Below are positions 1 through 13,499 of a stretch of 64,000 nt of DNA, piece by piece (positions within the stretch are counted from its first letter, which is position 1; each line of letters starts with the position of its first letter). The DNA is from Leptogorgia sarmentosa (Eukaryota): the NCBI GenBank assembly GCA_964658305.1, contig OZ210885.1, positions 6,386,001 through 6,450,000 of the forward strand, in the 5' to 3' direction. The notes under the pieces are model-generated. The model was not told where the DNA came from and made no database searches. It was given only the letters and a program-made list of their open reading frames with translations. The position numbers were made by a program, and so were the translations under genes.

Positions 1-900
1 GGACAAGACTTTTCACAAGAAAACTCTCCCTAATTCTTCCCTGTAGTCACTAAATGTGGTCTCTTAACATTGCTGTAACTGGCAACCATTCTGGATCCTT
101 TTGGGCATCCTGGTGCTGTGACAATATTATCCAGCACGCTCATCAATGGGCGCCCTTTATTCCAAATTCCTGAGGCTGTCTCCTTGTCAATGTAACGTTC
201 TAATTTGCAGGCATTATCGTTGAAATCAACACCAAGGATATCAGCTTCGGACACGATCGTTTTCGGGCGAGCGTCATTTGTTGGACTGTTAGCTGAAGAA
301 CCAATAGTTACGGTTTCCCGGTCCAAATTCCGAACCGATATATTGAAAATTGTCTTTATGCGCTCTACTCTTCTTCACTAGTTATCGATTCTGCTATTTC
401 CTACTCATGCAAAGATGGGTGAAGGCGATATGGACCTTTTCCAATAACAGCCCATTTTTTTTTCGTCATTCTACGAGACCTCATGCGGTTTTGGCAAATT
501 GGGGCAGATTGTGAGGTCGACCGTTAGCTTCGTCGCTCAGGAGGTGGTTGATACACTCAACTCTATTTGTGGTGAATTGGGGTGCTGGATTTCCCAATCC
601 TGCTCGGATACGAACTGGACGTAACATTGAATCGACCATTTCGTCAGCTTTGTGTTTAGCTATCCACAAATGGATGTTTTCTCCTCTAATGCCCATTTGC
701 TTTTTCCATTTTTTGCCAACTTCAGCCATTCGTAACCAGAATTCCTCAGCGTTGTCACTGTCAATGAGACCTTCTTGAAACATCGACCCAGCCTGCTGTC
801 CAAAGATGTCGGCAATATAATGATTTGGTTAAATTCCAATATACCCACCACGTTTAAGTGTCTGTCAATGTTTTGTCGTTCATGAAGAAAGCAGCAGAAA
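1..900 (-). pseudogene. MULE/SWIM-type transposase-like remnant (fragmented)
   Basis: ORFs 481-783 (LRPVRIRAGLGNPAPQFTTNRVECIN) and 30-326 (IVTAPG..MVASYS..RPHLV, running into Cys residues at the window edge). Same motif family as 60550-60762. Contains stops and frameshifts. Confidence 0.5.
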
Positions 901-1319
901 CACGTTGCACAGTTTCACCTCACCGTCTGTACCAATTGGAGATTTGCCTTTCTGGAAAGTTTTATAAAAAATTAATGAACAAAAATGATGAAACAATAAC
1001 TTTCCTCCTCACCCTTAATTAACTAATGAACTAACCAGCTTTGTCTGTGGTTCGGACTTTCTGTTGATAAGAAAATGACCGTTTTTATACTAGAGACGAT
1101 ATTATCGTCTCAGACGACATCGTCTTCAGACGACATTAACATCTAATATAAATACGGCGACGACAATTTCGTCCGATGATAATAAATATCGTCTCAGACG
1201 ATAAAATCGTCCAGTATAAAAACAAGTCGGCATAATTCACCAGAATTGCAGATGATTTTGAGCTGACTCAGGCAAATGAAATCGAGGTTGACGCTTGACA
1301 CTGTAAACAATATGGCTAT

Positions 1320-1487
1320 TGTGAAATGCGGGGTTCGATCGTTAAACAGAAGGAATGGACTACAAATATGAACCTTTTAATCATAGAACCATCATAAACA
1401 TAAACACACATGCTAAAGTCAAAGCGCGGGCAAACGCCCGCTATTCTAGTTCAAACTAGTACTGTACTTTATGTAACATCCATGACA
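1320..1487 (-). repeat. Putative 3' LTR of the BEL element
   Basis: On the minus strand CCCGGAGGA is followed by TGTCATG at 1487, as expected for a PPT/LTR junction, with ATTAAA near 1376-1381. The distal boundary is uncertain. Confidence 0.45.
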
Positions 1488-2608
1488 TCCTCCGGGGGGG
1501 CGTTAATTATGTTTGTCCATTTCGCTATTTTTCCCAAGGCGTTCTTTGCGGCTGTTCTGCTACTTCTTCGTTGCTGAACTTCTTTGTCCTTTTCTTCTGT
1601 TTCGGTCTTTGGGGCGATATCCGCCCGGATTTCAAGAGGGTATAGCCGGGCAATGGGTCTGTTGGTTTGACCGTTTGCTGTACGCACGCTTGCTGCTCGA
1701 ACATGGCCGTCGTTCCCCTTGACCAGATCTGTTATCACCGCGAGCTTCCATTTAATCCTTGGAGTATCATCGTGGATCAGCACTACTTCTCCAACTCGGA
1801 TAGTTTGTTCGTTTTTACCGGTCGTTCTGTGGTATTCTCGAAGAGATGTTAGGTATTCAGCCTTCCATCGTAACCAAAAATGCTTGAGGATAAGTGCCAG
1901 GGTTTGGGCTCTTTTCGTTACTTCTGAGATGTTTCCAAAGTTGGGGTCGTTGATTTCATCGTCCTCGACATGTAGATGAGGAAGAGAGGTAATACGCTGT
2001 CCGTACAGCAGATGTGAAGGTGTGAGAGGTTCTTCGTCTTCGATATCGCTGGTTACATAGGTAAGCGGTCGATCGTTCAACACGGCTTCTATTTCAACAA
2101 CAATTGTTTGAAGACTTGAAAGATTGACATGTGCACGTCCTAGTACTTTCTTAAGAGCAGTTTTCGTTAGACCAATAAGTCTCTCCCAAAACCCTCCATA
2201 CCATGGAGCTCGCTTTGGGATAAAGTGCCACTCTACTCCTCGACGACTCAGTGATTCTCTCAGCGATGTGGACTGAAAGAGATGCTTCAGTTCCTCCGCG
2301 GCCGCCAGATAGGTGGAAGCGTTGTCAGAAACCATCTTTTGTGGGAGGGATTTTCTCCTGGCGAATCGGCGGAACGCCCTTAAGAACGTTTCTTCGGAGA
2401 GATCTTCAACAATTTCCAGATGTACGGCTCTGGTAGCCGCACATGTAAATAGGCAAATGTAAACCTTTTCCTCATTAGTCGGTGTTTTTACGAACAGGGC
2501 ACCTGTGAAGTCAACGCCCGTTACTGAAAACGGTGTTGCATCTTGAACACGCCATTTGGGTAGGGGTGCGGGATCCGGAATCGTATAGGGCTTCCCACCA
2601 TGTTTCAA
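1469..2608 (-). pseudogene. BEL/Pao integrase core and C-terminal (DUF5641-like) region
   Basis: Motifs VDFTGA, LFTCAATRAVHLE, SDNASTY, APWYGGFWERL, LNDRPL and RPIARLYPLE. Separated from the upstream pol by a stop/frameshift near 2660. Confidence 0.92.
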
Positions 2609-2659
2609 ACAGGTGACACACTTGCGTAACAGCTTCTTGATTGCTTGTCTGGCTCTTTC

Positions 2660-5600
2660 TCAGAATTTGTCACGGAGAGCGGTTAGAGTTGAATTGACGC
2701 CAGAGTGGAGTTGAGCGTTGTGGAGGGAGTGGATGATCAAGGTGGTGAAAGGGTGGTTTACAGGGAGTAGAATGGGGAATTTGGCTGAGTGGTTGATGGG
2801 AGCGTTGTGGATTCGTCCTCCACAGCGAATAATACAGTGTTTATCGAGGAATAAGCATAGTTGTTTCACTAAAGGTACACAAGAACTGTTCTTTGTGCTT
2901 AGATTACGAAGTTCGTCAGGGTAGGATGTTTGTTGGCAGTGCTGTATCCAAAGGTTCTCGGCTGTAGTGTACTCGAAAACGGTTAATGTCCCAATTCGTT
3001 TAGGTGATCGCTTGGCCAGGTTGTGAATGAATCGTAGAACGTATGCAGTCACGTGAATCAGCCTTTTCAAATGGCTGTATCTCGAAATGTCAATAACGTT
3101 GTGTATACCAGTGTCATTAGGAGTTGAAGTGACTTCCATTTGGGTGGGCAAATCGCCGCGTAGGTGCTGTTCAGCTTCAATGAGTAATGCGGTTGTGGGT
3201 GTCCAGGCAGGCCACTGGTCAGCAGATAATGTGAGCCATGTTGGTCCGTTGTTCCACAGTACCGATAAGTGCATCTGTGAAGTTGTGAGACCACACGTCA
3301 AGAAATCGGCAGGATTCTCGTGGGTGGGGCAGTAGCGCCAGTAGTCGGAAGGGAATAGGTCTGTGATGGACTTTACACGATTGGAAACAAACTGTTTGAG
3401 CTGCTTGTGACTGCTTAGCCAATGCAAGACGATTTGGCTATCGGACCATAGGTGTACTTGTAGTGATTCATAACGACCTTGGATTGCGTTGTGAACAAAT
3501 GCGGCGAGACGTGTGCCGATTACTGCGCCCATTAGTTCTAATTGCGGCAGCGTCAGTGTTTTGATAGGAGCAACTCGTGTTTTTGCCATTACAAGGGAGA
3601 TTTTGGAATTGTGTAGGGGGTAGGCCACTGCGCCGTAAGCCCGCTTACTCGCATCAACGAAAACATGAAGTTGGGGTGGAGTCTGGATGGCAGTGGAACT
3701 CGAGTGGTAGCGGCGTGGTAGAACGGTTTGTTGTGCTGCTTGTAGGTCCTCGGCTATTTTAAGCCATTCTCGTTGGAGTTGTTCGTTGAGGGGTTTGTCC
3801 CAATCGAGTGATTGTTGCCACAACTGTTGCAGAAAATTTTTGGCTCGTATAGTTACGCATGCTAAAATACCGAGGGGGTCAAAGATGCTCGAGGAGTGCT
3901 GTAGAACTTCGCGTTTCGTGACTAAAGGACAATCAGTTGGCAAGGATTTCTTGGTTGCAAATCGAATGGTGTCAGTACATGTGTTCCATCTAAGGCCGAG
4001 GATATTGATGTCATTTTGGGGGGTTGTATCCAGGTGCTTCTGAAGGGTGGCGTTTAGCATGAATGGTGAACTAGTGGTACCAAAGGGCACTGCCTTGAAA
4101 CGGTAAGTGTCGAAGGGGCTATCTGGATCGTTCGGGTCGGACAACCACATGAACCGAGTAAAATCTCTGTCGCCTTCATGGAGATGTAAATGATGAAAGG
4201 CCTTTTCGATGTCCGTTGCGATGCCATAGTTGTAGGTGTGGAAACGAAGCAAAATAGTCGACAGGTCATTTAGCAAGGGTGGACCAGCTTCGAGACAATC
4301 GTTGAGACTTGCGTGGTTTGGTGATTGACGACAACTGCAGTCATAGACTATTCTAATTGGGGTGGTTGGCGACATTTTCCTAACTGTGTGATGGGGAATG
4401 TAATGCGCATTGCTGGTTGGTGTAGTGTCAGAAATCTTCTCAATGAATCCCCTTTCGAGTTGATCATTAATGATTGTCCCATAGGCCTGCAGCAGGTCGG
4501 GGCTTCGGCTCAATCGTTGTATGGTGGATCTCGTACGTTTTTGACAAACGGAAAAGTTCAAAGGCAATAATGGATGGTCATCTTTCCACAGAAATTTAGC
4601 AGTGTAGCTACCGTCATTCTCACGGAAAATAGCAGACTGTTGGTACTCACGCGAAAGACCACTTTCATCGTTGTTGGTGTTTGGTGGGGTGATGCCTAAG
4701 GACTCCAAGGCCCAAAACTTCTCGAGTTGTTTGTCTTCTTCGCCGTGGGAAATCATAACGTTTAGGATGTTGGTCGGGGTTCTATCAGTTGATGCGGTTC
4801 TGATGGGTCCAGACAAGAGGTATCCCAACTTCGATTGCATGGCAGTGGGGCCATTTCCTCGGATGATATGGTTTTCAACCAGATCCCAGTAATAGTCTAC
4901 GCCAATTAGAAGTGAGATCTCAAAGTTCTCGTTGCTGGTTACTGGGTGGGCAAGCTTGAGCTGTCTAAGGTATGGGATATCTTTGATGTTGGCTCGAATC
5001 TTATTCTGAATAGGGATAGCTATCTTAGGTACAATGAGGACTTCGACAGGGATAATGCCAGATGATTCAGTTTCAATGTTGATGGTGGTGACGGCGAGGC
5101 TTCTTTTCGTTGATGTGCTTGCTCCAAATGCTGATAGGTTGACGGTTTCTTTTCTGGTGGGACAGAGGCCAAGCTTTGTGGCTAGCGATTGGGTTACAAA
5201 GGAGCGTTGAGCTCCTTCGTCGAAGAGTAGGTTGGCTTCTGCGCAGGCTGTTGATGACCGAACGGTCGCTATGGCTGTTTTTAGTAGAGATGTTTGCGTA
5301 TCATATCGTGTGGGCTTGGATGTTGACTGCGTTGGTGTCAATGTCGTGAGAATTTGATCCCCTCGTTGGTCATTTTTACCTTGACAAAGACTCGTATGGT
5401 GCTTCCGATTACAGTTCTTACATCGGTTTTTGGAACGACAATGTGAGGCTTTGTGATGTCCCAAACAGTTAAAGCATAGGTCGGCTTTCTTAACAGTTTC
5501 GTATCGTTGCTTAGGGTCACTGATAACCTTGCATGTAGTAGGGGCATGACTTTGTTGACAGTATACACATTTTGGGTTGGGTCGTTTAGGAGGTGGTGGT

Positions 5601-5670
5601 GGTGACCTATCACTCTCTGCACGAGTGTGAAATGATGATGTTATTGATGATGTCAGTTGTTGGTTCCCCT
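2660..5670 (-). pseudogene. BEL/Pao gag-pol (zinc knuckles, protease, RT with internal deletion, RNase H), 5'-truncated
   Basis: Three Cys/His knuckles, protease LLFDEGAQRSF, RT DIEKAF...PFG, RNase H LHVFVDAS and WSDSQIVL. The YxDD segment is missing between LQKHL and ILGLRW. Confidence 0.92.
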
Positions 5671-6110
5671 TTGTGTTAAAAAACCAGCTCCAAGGTTCAA
5701 AAGAAAGAAAAAAGCATTGACACATCAATTGTTAAACTTATAAGTGGATCAAAGATAAGTGGCGACAATATATGGATAGAGTCAAGTCAGGAAGTGTCAA
5801 AGCAGCCATGAACGAGCCGGAATGTGGTTTCACATAATATACCCAATATTTTCCGAAACCAATGCAAAATTAAAAGTTGCAACCAAAGCAAGTGATCTTT
5901 TGTCAAGTGAAAAGGAAGAAGATAGTGCTGGTGAAACTGGTGACGAGCTAAGTGACAAGAGAGTGCATGAAACTCATGAAAGTGATCTCCTTAGAAATCA
6001 ACAGAGGAGTTCATCTTTCCAGTCAAACATGTCATATGATGGAGCTACATCAGAGAGTCTTTTGAGTCGCTCTTCAGATGAAGAAGATCAAACTGATCAA
6101 ACAGATGGAA
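5670..6110 (+). pseudogene. Myb/SANT (trihelix)-like partner gene of the Harbinger element, fragment
   Basis: KWIKDKWRQYMDRVKSGS...EPE/WFHIIYPIFSETN followed by an acidic tail; convergent with the nuclease gene inside the TIRs. Confidence 0.6.
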
Positions 6111-7150
6111 GGTATTGGGTTATTATATAAAAAAGCAAAATTACAATATACTGTAGTGTGGGAACTAAGGCAGGCCCATATTCAATAAAACAGGGCCCTG
6201 TGTGCAAGCAATTATACTTGAAAGATGGGTGTGACTTTCCCTCTCTCCTCCCTACACCATGGAGAGGAAGGTATTTTACATCAGTAAACACTCCTTGATT
6301 TATGCTGCTGTCAAAATACTTAATAGAGGTAGACAAGGACTGTTTCTAATTTCATGTGATGTCACATGCTCCAGGCCAGTGTACCATCACAAAAGTGTGT
6401 TAACAAGCTGCCAATGAAACTGTTAATATAATGAGGGTCATCTGCAAAAACACCTTTTATTGAGACATCACTAATTGAAATTATAATAAACTTTTTGCAG
6501 TTCAAAAAGTGGTAAAGATGTGCAGAAAAAAAGAGAAGGTTGTGTTACAAGTTTGTCCCTGCGACCTAGAAAACGTAAGGGGTCCTCGCAAAAAGAAGCT
6601 ATATGTAGAAAAATCATAGTTGTGAAATATATTCTATAAAATGAGACATCTCTGCTCCAACAAAATCCCCATCCCAAGCTAATCAAACATAACTTGATGT
6701 TGAAGCTATACTGAGACTTCAACCTACATCCTTGGTTGATTAATAATAGGAATGTTTCATCAACATAATTTCAATTAGTAGTAGTTACATGTTCAATTTT
6801 TTTTTGTCAACAGTAAATAATAACATTGTGTTAAATGGAGATTTCTTTCCTTTAACATTTGTTGGTCCAGTTTTATTTTACTATTTTATCAATATCACTT
6901 TTGAAGGGCTCAGACACTGCACTTCCTCTTTCTTCCCTTGTACTGCAATATGTTCTGTAATTGGATCATTAAAAACCCTTTTCATTGCAACCACAAAATA
7001 AACGAACATTTCTGCTATTCAAAGGGAAAGGAGAGAATTAATTTTTTTCATGAAGAAAGTATATTCATACTCTAGAATTACCTAATAGTATGCTACATGC
7101 AATAGAGAATACAACTGGAAATGTGCAACACTAGTGTTAATGCAAAATTG

Positions 7151-8402
7151 TTATCTCTGTTGGTGTATATCGCATAACCAATCAGTAATCTTTGATCCTA
7201 CCTGATCAGCCTGAGTGGTGTTATTCTCTTTATTGCCCCTGCTGCGAATAAGGTGCAACTCCTTAACCTCCAGCCTCCATCGGGGTTTGCAAGGGTCATT
7301 CTTTTCGATACATAAATTGTGAAGGGCTATACAGGCCATTCTGACATTCCTTATATTCTTCAACCTACACTCTGTCTTTTTATACAGAAACCGCCATTGT
7401 CCTTTCAGCATCCCATAGGCATGTTCTGTTACAACACGGGCTGAGCAGAGACGTTTGTTGCAAATAACGTTTTTTGGATCTCTTGTACTTTCATCGTACG
7501 GTTTCATAAGCCAAGGCAGTCGTGGAAAAGCTGAATCACCTACTGTTGTGATTGGTATATCCCCATACTCATTTGTTCTTAATACAGAGTTAGGAAAGAC
7601 ACACCCTCGCTCAATTTCTTCAAAAAGTGTGCAACTTCTGAGTAACCTTGAATCATGTGTTGAACCTGGTGCCCTAACAAAAACTTCTTGTTTGAGGCAA
7701 TAAATCCCATACATGAAACAGTATCTTTTTTTGAAGCTGAAGTAATTTTTTAACTTTGTGCAGACATAGACATGAAAACCGTCCCATGCTCCAACACACA
7801 GAATTTCCCAATTTTCCAGGAATTTTCTAAGTTCCTCTTTCCATTCAGCAGTGTCTGCTGGTAACCTAACAAATTGGTCATAAAATGTTGAAACCAGTAC
7901 CACGCAAATGTCGTTAAAAATTACTGCTGCGGTAGATTCAGCTGCACCGAAAAGGTGTCCAACTGTACTGTAAGTACATCCATGTGCCAGCCTATAGACA
8001 GATTGCAAGTCGAGTATTGGCTGGGATAGGAGTTGGTTTAAGCCGAGTCGATTTTTTTTTCAATTATATTCCCTTATATTTCCAAGTATAAATTGACATG
8101 TATCTTGGTTCAATCGCAAACGCTTTTTGAACGCCATCTCACTCCAATTGACATAACCATTTTCCCACCATGAAGTGCCTCTTTGTTCATCTTAATCCCG
8201 CATCTTCCTTGGATTCTTGATTGCCACTGTGCATAAGCCAAGTATTGCTGCCAGTTCATTTTCCTTGTTCCTCTCTAACAAAAGCCTCTTTCTCGACTGA
8301 TTTTTCCTTTTTAAAAACAATTCCATTTCTTGTTTTTCCCTTTCTTATTTCCTTCTTTTAATATTCACTAATTGCTGTGCGACAAGCAGATTATAATCCA
8401 TT
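7151..8402 (-). pseudogene. HARBI1-like DDE_Tnp_4 transposase, frameshifted
   Basis: VGAWDGFH, PGSTHDSR, GDSAFP, NKRLCSARVVTEHAYGMLKGQWR and CIALHNLC; N-terminal remnants (WWENG) lie upstream of 8008. Confidence 0.9.
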
Positions 8403-9149
8403 GTAATTACATACGATGATACGAGATTTCTATACTTCCAGCAACTAACTTCCGGCTTTCATTATGATTCCCAGTCTCTTTGATTCGCACTGACTTTTTA
8501 AGTCGTCCATTTTGAAGGTCGAGTTTTTATACTACATGATAATGTCGTCAGTACGATAATGTCTGGACGATCATTATTGTGTGACGATATTGTCTCTAGT
8601 ATAAAAACGGCCAATGAAAGACAAAGAAGTAATATACTGGTACTGAACATGGCACTCAACTAAATGTACATTGGCGCTTTCAATTCAAATGAGGACTACA
8701 ATTAAATCCCCCTTACCTTTTCTTAGGAGAAGGCGACAGTGCAGATTCATCACTGCTTATTTCAATAATACTTTTCTCATTGATATCAGCTGGTCGGCTT
8801 TCCTATACAGAATACGAAATTGTTAATGAATCGAATCATACATCATATATATATATCAAATCATATATTCGCCAACGTCGTATTCGTCAATCTGAAAAAT
8901 CGCATATTATAAGAACAATAACAGAGCTGGATCTGGGAACGGTCTACAGGCATTTCTAACGTTTATAAGCCTTGCATAGTAAACAAACTCGCATAATAAT
9001 ATCACAACAAAGTGTTGCGCTAATTTTTTTTTCTAAAAATCTTTCTGAAAATCATTTCGAGTTTAAAAGAGTATTCAGAAAACCCATGACGTTTCGACGT
9101 TACCAGAATTTCACTTGAGGATATAAAGAACATGCGGCAAGAGAGCTTC

Positions 9150-11200
9150 CTTTTATATATAGTGTAGGCAATAACTAATCACATGAGCATTCATTACCTC
9201 GTGTGCAAAAAGCCGATAGGTTGAGTAGATCTCAGGAAGCCTTGGGGAAAACCCTGTAAGGTGGTGCCTAAAATAGTCCATGTGGCCAGCGAGTTGGTGG
9301 GAATTTATGCACAGACCCATCTGGATAATATCTGGTAGGGAATGCGTCGAGGCCAAAGATATTATTTCTGATTTGGCACGAAGCAAATCACTGCAGATTG
9401 CGTGTTGTCCAATACCAATTTATCGAAATAGATCGGTGTCGTTCTTTCAAACGATCTACATCAGATGTAAAGATTAATGACATCGTGAGGAGCTAATAAT
9501 ATAGACATGTTATTTGAAAAAATATGTGAATACTGAGCTGCTACGTTAGCGATTTATCCAACATCAGACAATTTTGTCACAATAGCGAAAGATATAGATT
9601 TAACTTGAACTACAGAAAATGGGATTTATGTGGGTGATTATTAATACGGTCATCATCCAACGTAAAGTTTACAGTCAGCAAAAACGACGTTTTTGGCTTT
9701 TCATCTCCTCATGCTTGGGTCTGGTTTCTGAGACCGTTAAAAAAAGACATCAGTGGCTGACGAATACTACTATGGAATGTTGGGTCATCCCAGCAAACTG
9801 GTATCGTGGTGGTCGTCAGGTTTGACATGACGAACTCGCCAGATGACTAAGATACCATGTGCATCCCCATCATCTTTCTGACCAGGCGCAGCGCGGTGGA
9901 TTTTCCACAGGATGGTGCACCAATTCCTGTTGGAACTGGACATGATTCTAAAGCTAATAAAGTAATAATAAATATTAGCAATGCATGCACAATTAATATA
10001 TTGCATTCCTTCGTCCAAAGAATTGAATGTCAGCATCAACTAACTCATTTCTTTTATCTGGAAGATTAAGGTTCTCTATAGTTCTTAACCTCCAATTGAA
10101 TGATTTTTTGGTAATGGAATTGAACAATTCCATCGCACAGGCCTGGCGCCAGGCCCATGCGCCCATGGCCATGGCAGGGTTCATAAGGCTAAAATATTAT
10201 TCAAGTTAAAACTAAAAGTTAATACTTTTGATTAATATGGGTCTTCGGTCTTCTATCAGCGATTCAGCGCATATATCTCGCATCCCGCTACCGCATAATC
10301 TTGCCAATGGTCCTTCTACCGCACTTATCCTACCGCATTGCTAATTTTTCAAGTTATCTACCGCATATTCTACCGCATTACGTCATTTTACAGAGCAGCC
10401 TGCCGCGGAAGATCTTCCGCTAAAGTGGCAAACTTTCCAGTCTGGCTCAGAATAGAGTCTAGAGGTCTTAGATGTAGTACAACCACAGCTTGCGAACTAA
10501 TCGCACAGTTTGCAAACCAAATACACCAGCTGGTCCAGCTCTTAATGGGGGGCCGAAAGCTATCTTGGCCCCCCCTTATAAATTTTTTGGGGGTGTGCGG
10601 ATACTACACCCCTGGCAACATCACAAATTGATTAAAATTTGACTTGAAAAACGATTTGGCTTTCGTAACAAACGTCTCCCAATCACACACAGAGCGGCAA
10701 CTCAATAGGAACCTGATTGGCATTCAAGTAAGGAACAATTCTCCTATCGACCGATGACATAATGCGCCAGAACGGAACCATCCATCGGTGGGTCCAATTT
10801 TCTTTCGATATTATTCCATCCTTGTTTGGCTGCAAATAGAGTTTAACAACTTAAGCAAGACATTTCGGCATCACCTACAGTGGATGATCAAAAATTGCCA
10901 TGCATATATCAAGAACTGCGGTCGCAAATTACCATGCATGATCACAAATATTTTTGTGCAACGATTTGTACACAACCATACTGATTTAATGTTTTTCCTA
11001 CCGGATATTATACAGAGGTATCAAAATGGACCAAGGGTTATACCTGAACATTTTCGTTGAGTATGTAAACAGTGTTGTCGAAATCCTCTTTTAATTCGCC
11101 GTCAACAGCGTCTGGGCCCAAAAAATTGCTGAAAACGTCTACTCTTCAAAAATTTGGTTGCCGACCAATGAGCAAACTCCCGATGACATGTTTAATTGAG
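9150..11200 (-). pseudogene. Spliced P-loop NTPase (SF3-helicase-like) gene remnant
   Basis: Manual translation of ~9650-9947 gives GAPSCGKST (Walker A), IPVCWDDP (Walker B) and FLLTVN (motif C), with two in-frame stops and an AG acceptor. A further exon at ~9197-9400 ends at a GT donor. Confidence 0.55.
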
Positions 11201-11488
11201 TTGTTGGCTTGGAATTCTCTCATCGTTGCCATGAGCAAGCACCCGAGTTGCTGGTCGTTAACCTTCTCCAAGAAAACTCCCCCCTTCGTCACTAAACGTC
11301 CTGTTGATCGCAGCTTTGAAGGAACTGGCTACCTCCATTTCATTTACAGTGACAAAACATTCCCTATAACATGTAAATGATTGGTTACGCTATAAAATAA
11401 ATTGGTTACGCTTTTTTACTGGATTTTATACTAAAACAATTAGATTATTCCCTCAATTTCAGATACTATTGTGTCTCGCTGACTAAAG

Positions 11489-11614
11489 AATAGACATTTC
11501 CCAAATTTATTTTCTGGGCATGAAAACTGCTTCTTTTCAATAGCTTTGATACCCTGCCTCGATTTCAAGCTATTGTTTCATGTGCACTCAAGCAAATTCG
11601 GGAAGGTGTCTATT
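11489..11614. mobile_element. Small MITE-like palindromic element
   Basis: Imperfect inverted termini AATAGACATTTCCCAAATTT and AAATTCGGGAAGGTGTCTATT. Confidence 0.55.
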
Positions 11615-12677
11615 AGAATGCTCAAAAGCGTTTGAGAAAAGAGCATAGTTTATTTTAGGCTTGTGATTATAATTTTAGAGTTCAACTGATGGTCAAGGCC
11701 TGGTAAGGGTAGCATTAAAGCAGAATAATTCAAATTTGCATTTAGAACTATAACTCTTCTCACATATTTTAGTAAAACGTGGGGAATTATACTCAATTTT
11801 TTGAAAAACCAACAGCATTTGCATGAATGTGGTTTTATCGTTTTGGCGCTAAAACAATTAATATTCGTGTTAGCGTTTATGCTAGATCTATCCTAGCGCA
11901 ATTCTTTACCATCGCATACCCATTTCCTGTTTCTAGCTTTTAATGCTAAATATATACATATGTTGTCGCAAACAAACAAATATCAGTCATACGTTCTTCA
12001 ATATGACAAGCAGGACACTTTTTAATAATTATATGATAACGTGCAAAAGTAAAATGCACGAATTACAAGCTAGTTTATTTCAAATTATACATGCCTGCTG
12101 GGCTGGCTTATTTTATTCAGACTCTTTTGAGAAGGGCTTTTTAGAGGGGGGGGGTTTAAGAAGGGTGAGGGCTTATTTATTTATTCCAGTACAAAGCAAT
12201 GTTTTGGTCCGTTATATTTTAGCTTTTGGGCCCACCAGGAAATGAAAAACGTAATATTTACAAGACCAAAGTAAATTAATTAAGATAAGTTAATTATATG
12301 CTAATTTGATAGGCCGATTTATGGCAATTTTAAGCATTTTCAAAATTGCTTCTAGGAAATGAAATTGCAATATCTCATTCAATATTGCTCGAATATCCTC
12401 GTGTCATATATCAAAATTTAAGTTAGGCCTTTCTGCATTCGGCGAAGCCTATTTGACTGAAACTACATGTCCAGTTTAAACGGTATAACAAATGAAACAC
12501 TGATACTTTTTTTTGAGATACACAGTATATATCCTCAGTACTTGTTGTAACTGCCTATCAACTTTTATGATTTTATCACGAAATGCATAATTCATGCACA
12601 GATTTGCAGCACATTGTTATCGCCCCTTATGCCGAAGAATAGGTGATGGATATATTGCATGAAAGGTATAGGTAGCG

Positions 12678-12822
12678 CTATCCACCCGATAATGATTTTA
12701 TCAACGGTCATAAGCTATAAAACGGCTGATATTGAAATCCTAACTAATAAAATGAAACTTTAAGTTAAAACCATACATTAACAATTTTGGAAAGTTTTAA
12801 AAAATCGTTATCCGGTGGATAG
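12678..12822. mobile_element. Small MITE-like element
   Basis: Inverted termini CTATCCACCCGATAATGATTTT and AAAATCGTTATCCGGTGGATAG. Confidence 0.6.
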
Positions 12823-13499
12823 ATGAGCCTTGTCACAAATGTTATTTCGCGCATAAAATGCGCTGATATAATTTGCTTTCATCAAAATTGGCAACTTTTG
12901 GTAGATAGCATATTACAAATATCATAAACGTCTATATATACGATGGTATAATGTACTTACATTGACACGCCATTTGTTCTGTGCATAGTTACGATGTAGC
13001 CGTTATATTTCTTCCAGGTTACAAAGTTGACAAAACACTCTATTGTGAAATAGAAGTTTGCTATGCATCTGTACTTTCGTTTCGCCGCCTTGAAATGCAG
13101 TGCACGAACGCCAGACTCATCTTCCCTGCCAGATATACTTTTAACTGGCGATTCTGGGGGTGGCTGAGACGTGTTCATGGTGTGGTTGAGATTTGCTGAA
13201 AGAGAATTTCATATAAAACGTTAACAATTTAAACAATGCGAATGCAATTTGATAAAAAGTTAATGATGCAGAGTATATCTAGAATTAACTTACCAGGAAT
13301 AAAAAAGTGTCCCAAAATGAAAACTCGTCACTTGCGAGCGAGCTGTTGCTATAGTTCCTTGGAAAACTCCTGAGAAATGGCTGGATATAAATTACGAGCA
13401 CCTTTATATCATCTGTGCACGTCACACACGCTGTCTGTCAACGCTGAAAATCAACCAATTGTGTGGTCTACTATTTTGAAATAGTGTTTTTCATTATCA

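Larger units (their letters stand above)
1077..8612. mobile_element. PIF/Harbinger DNA transposon with a nested BEL retrotransposon
   Basis: TIRs GACCGTTTTTATACTAGAGACGATA (1077) and TATTGTCTCTAGTATAAAAACGGCC (8612); 3-bp TSD AAT (1074-76 / 8613-15); subterminal GACGA repeats; contains a DDE nuclease and a Myb-like partner gene. Confidence 0.85.

Noticed and set aside
1513..4892. Numerous plus-strand short ORFs
   Set aside because: They are antisense shadows of the BEL pol.
5670..5728. N-terminus of the 1022-aa BEL ORF
   Set aside because: It is read-through into the antisense strand of the Harbinger Myb-like gene.
9085..9120. Hammerhead-like motif (TCGAAACGTC on the minus strand)
   Set aside because: No recognisable CUGANGA box or stem II.
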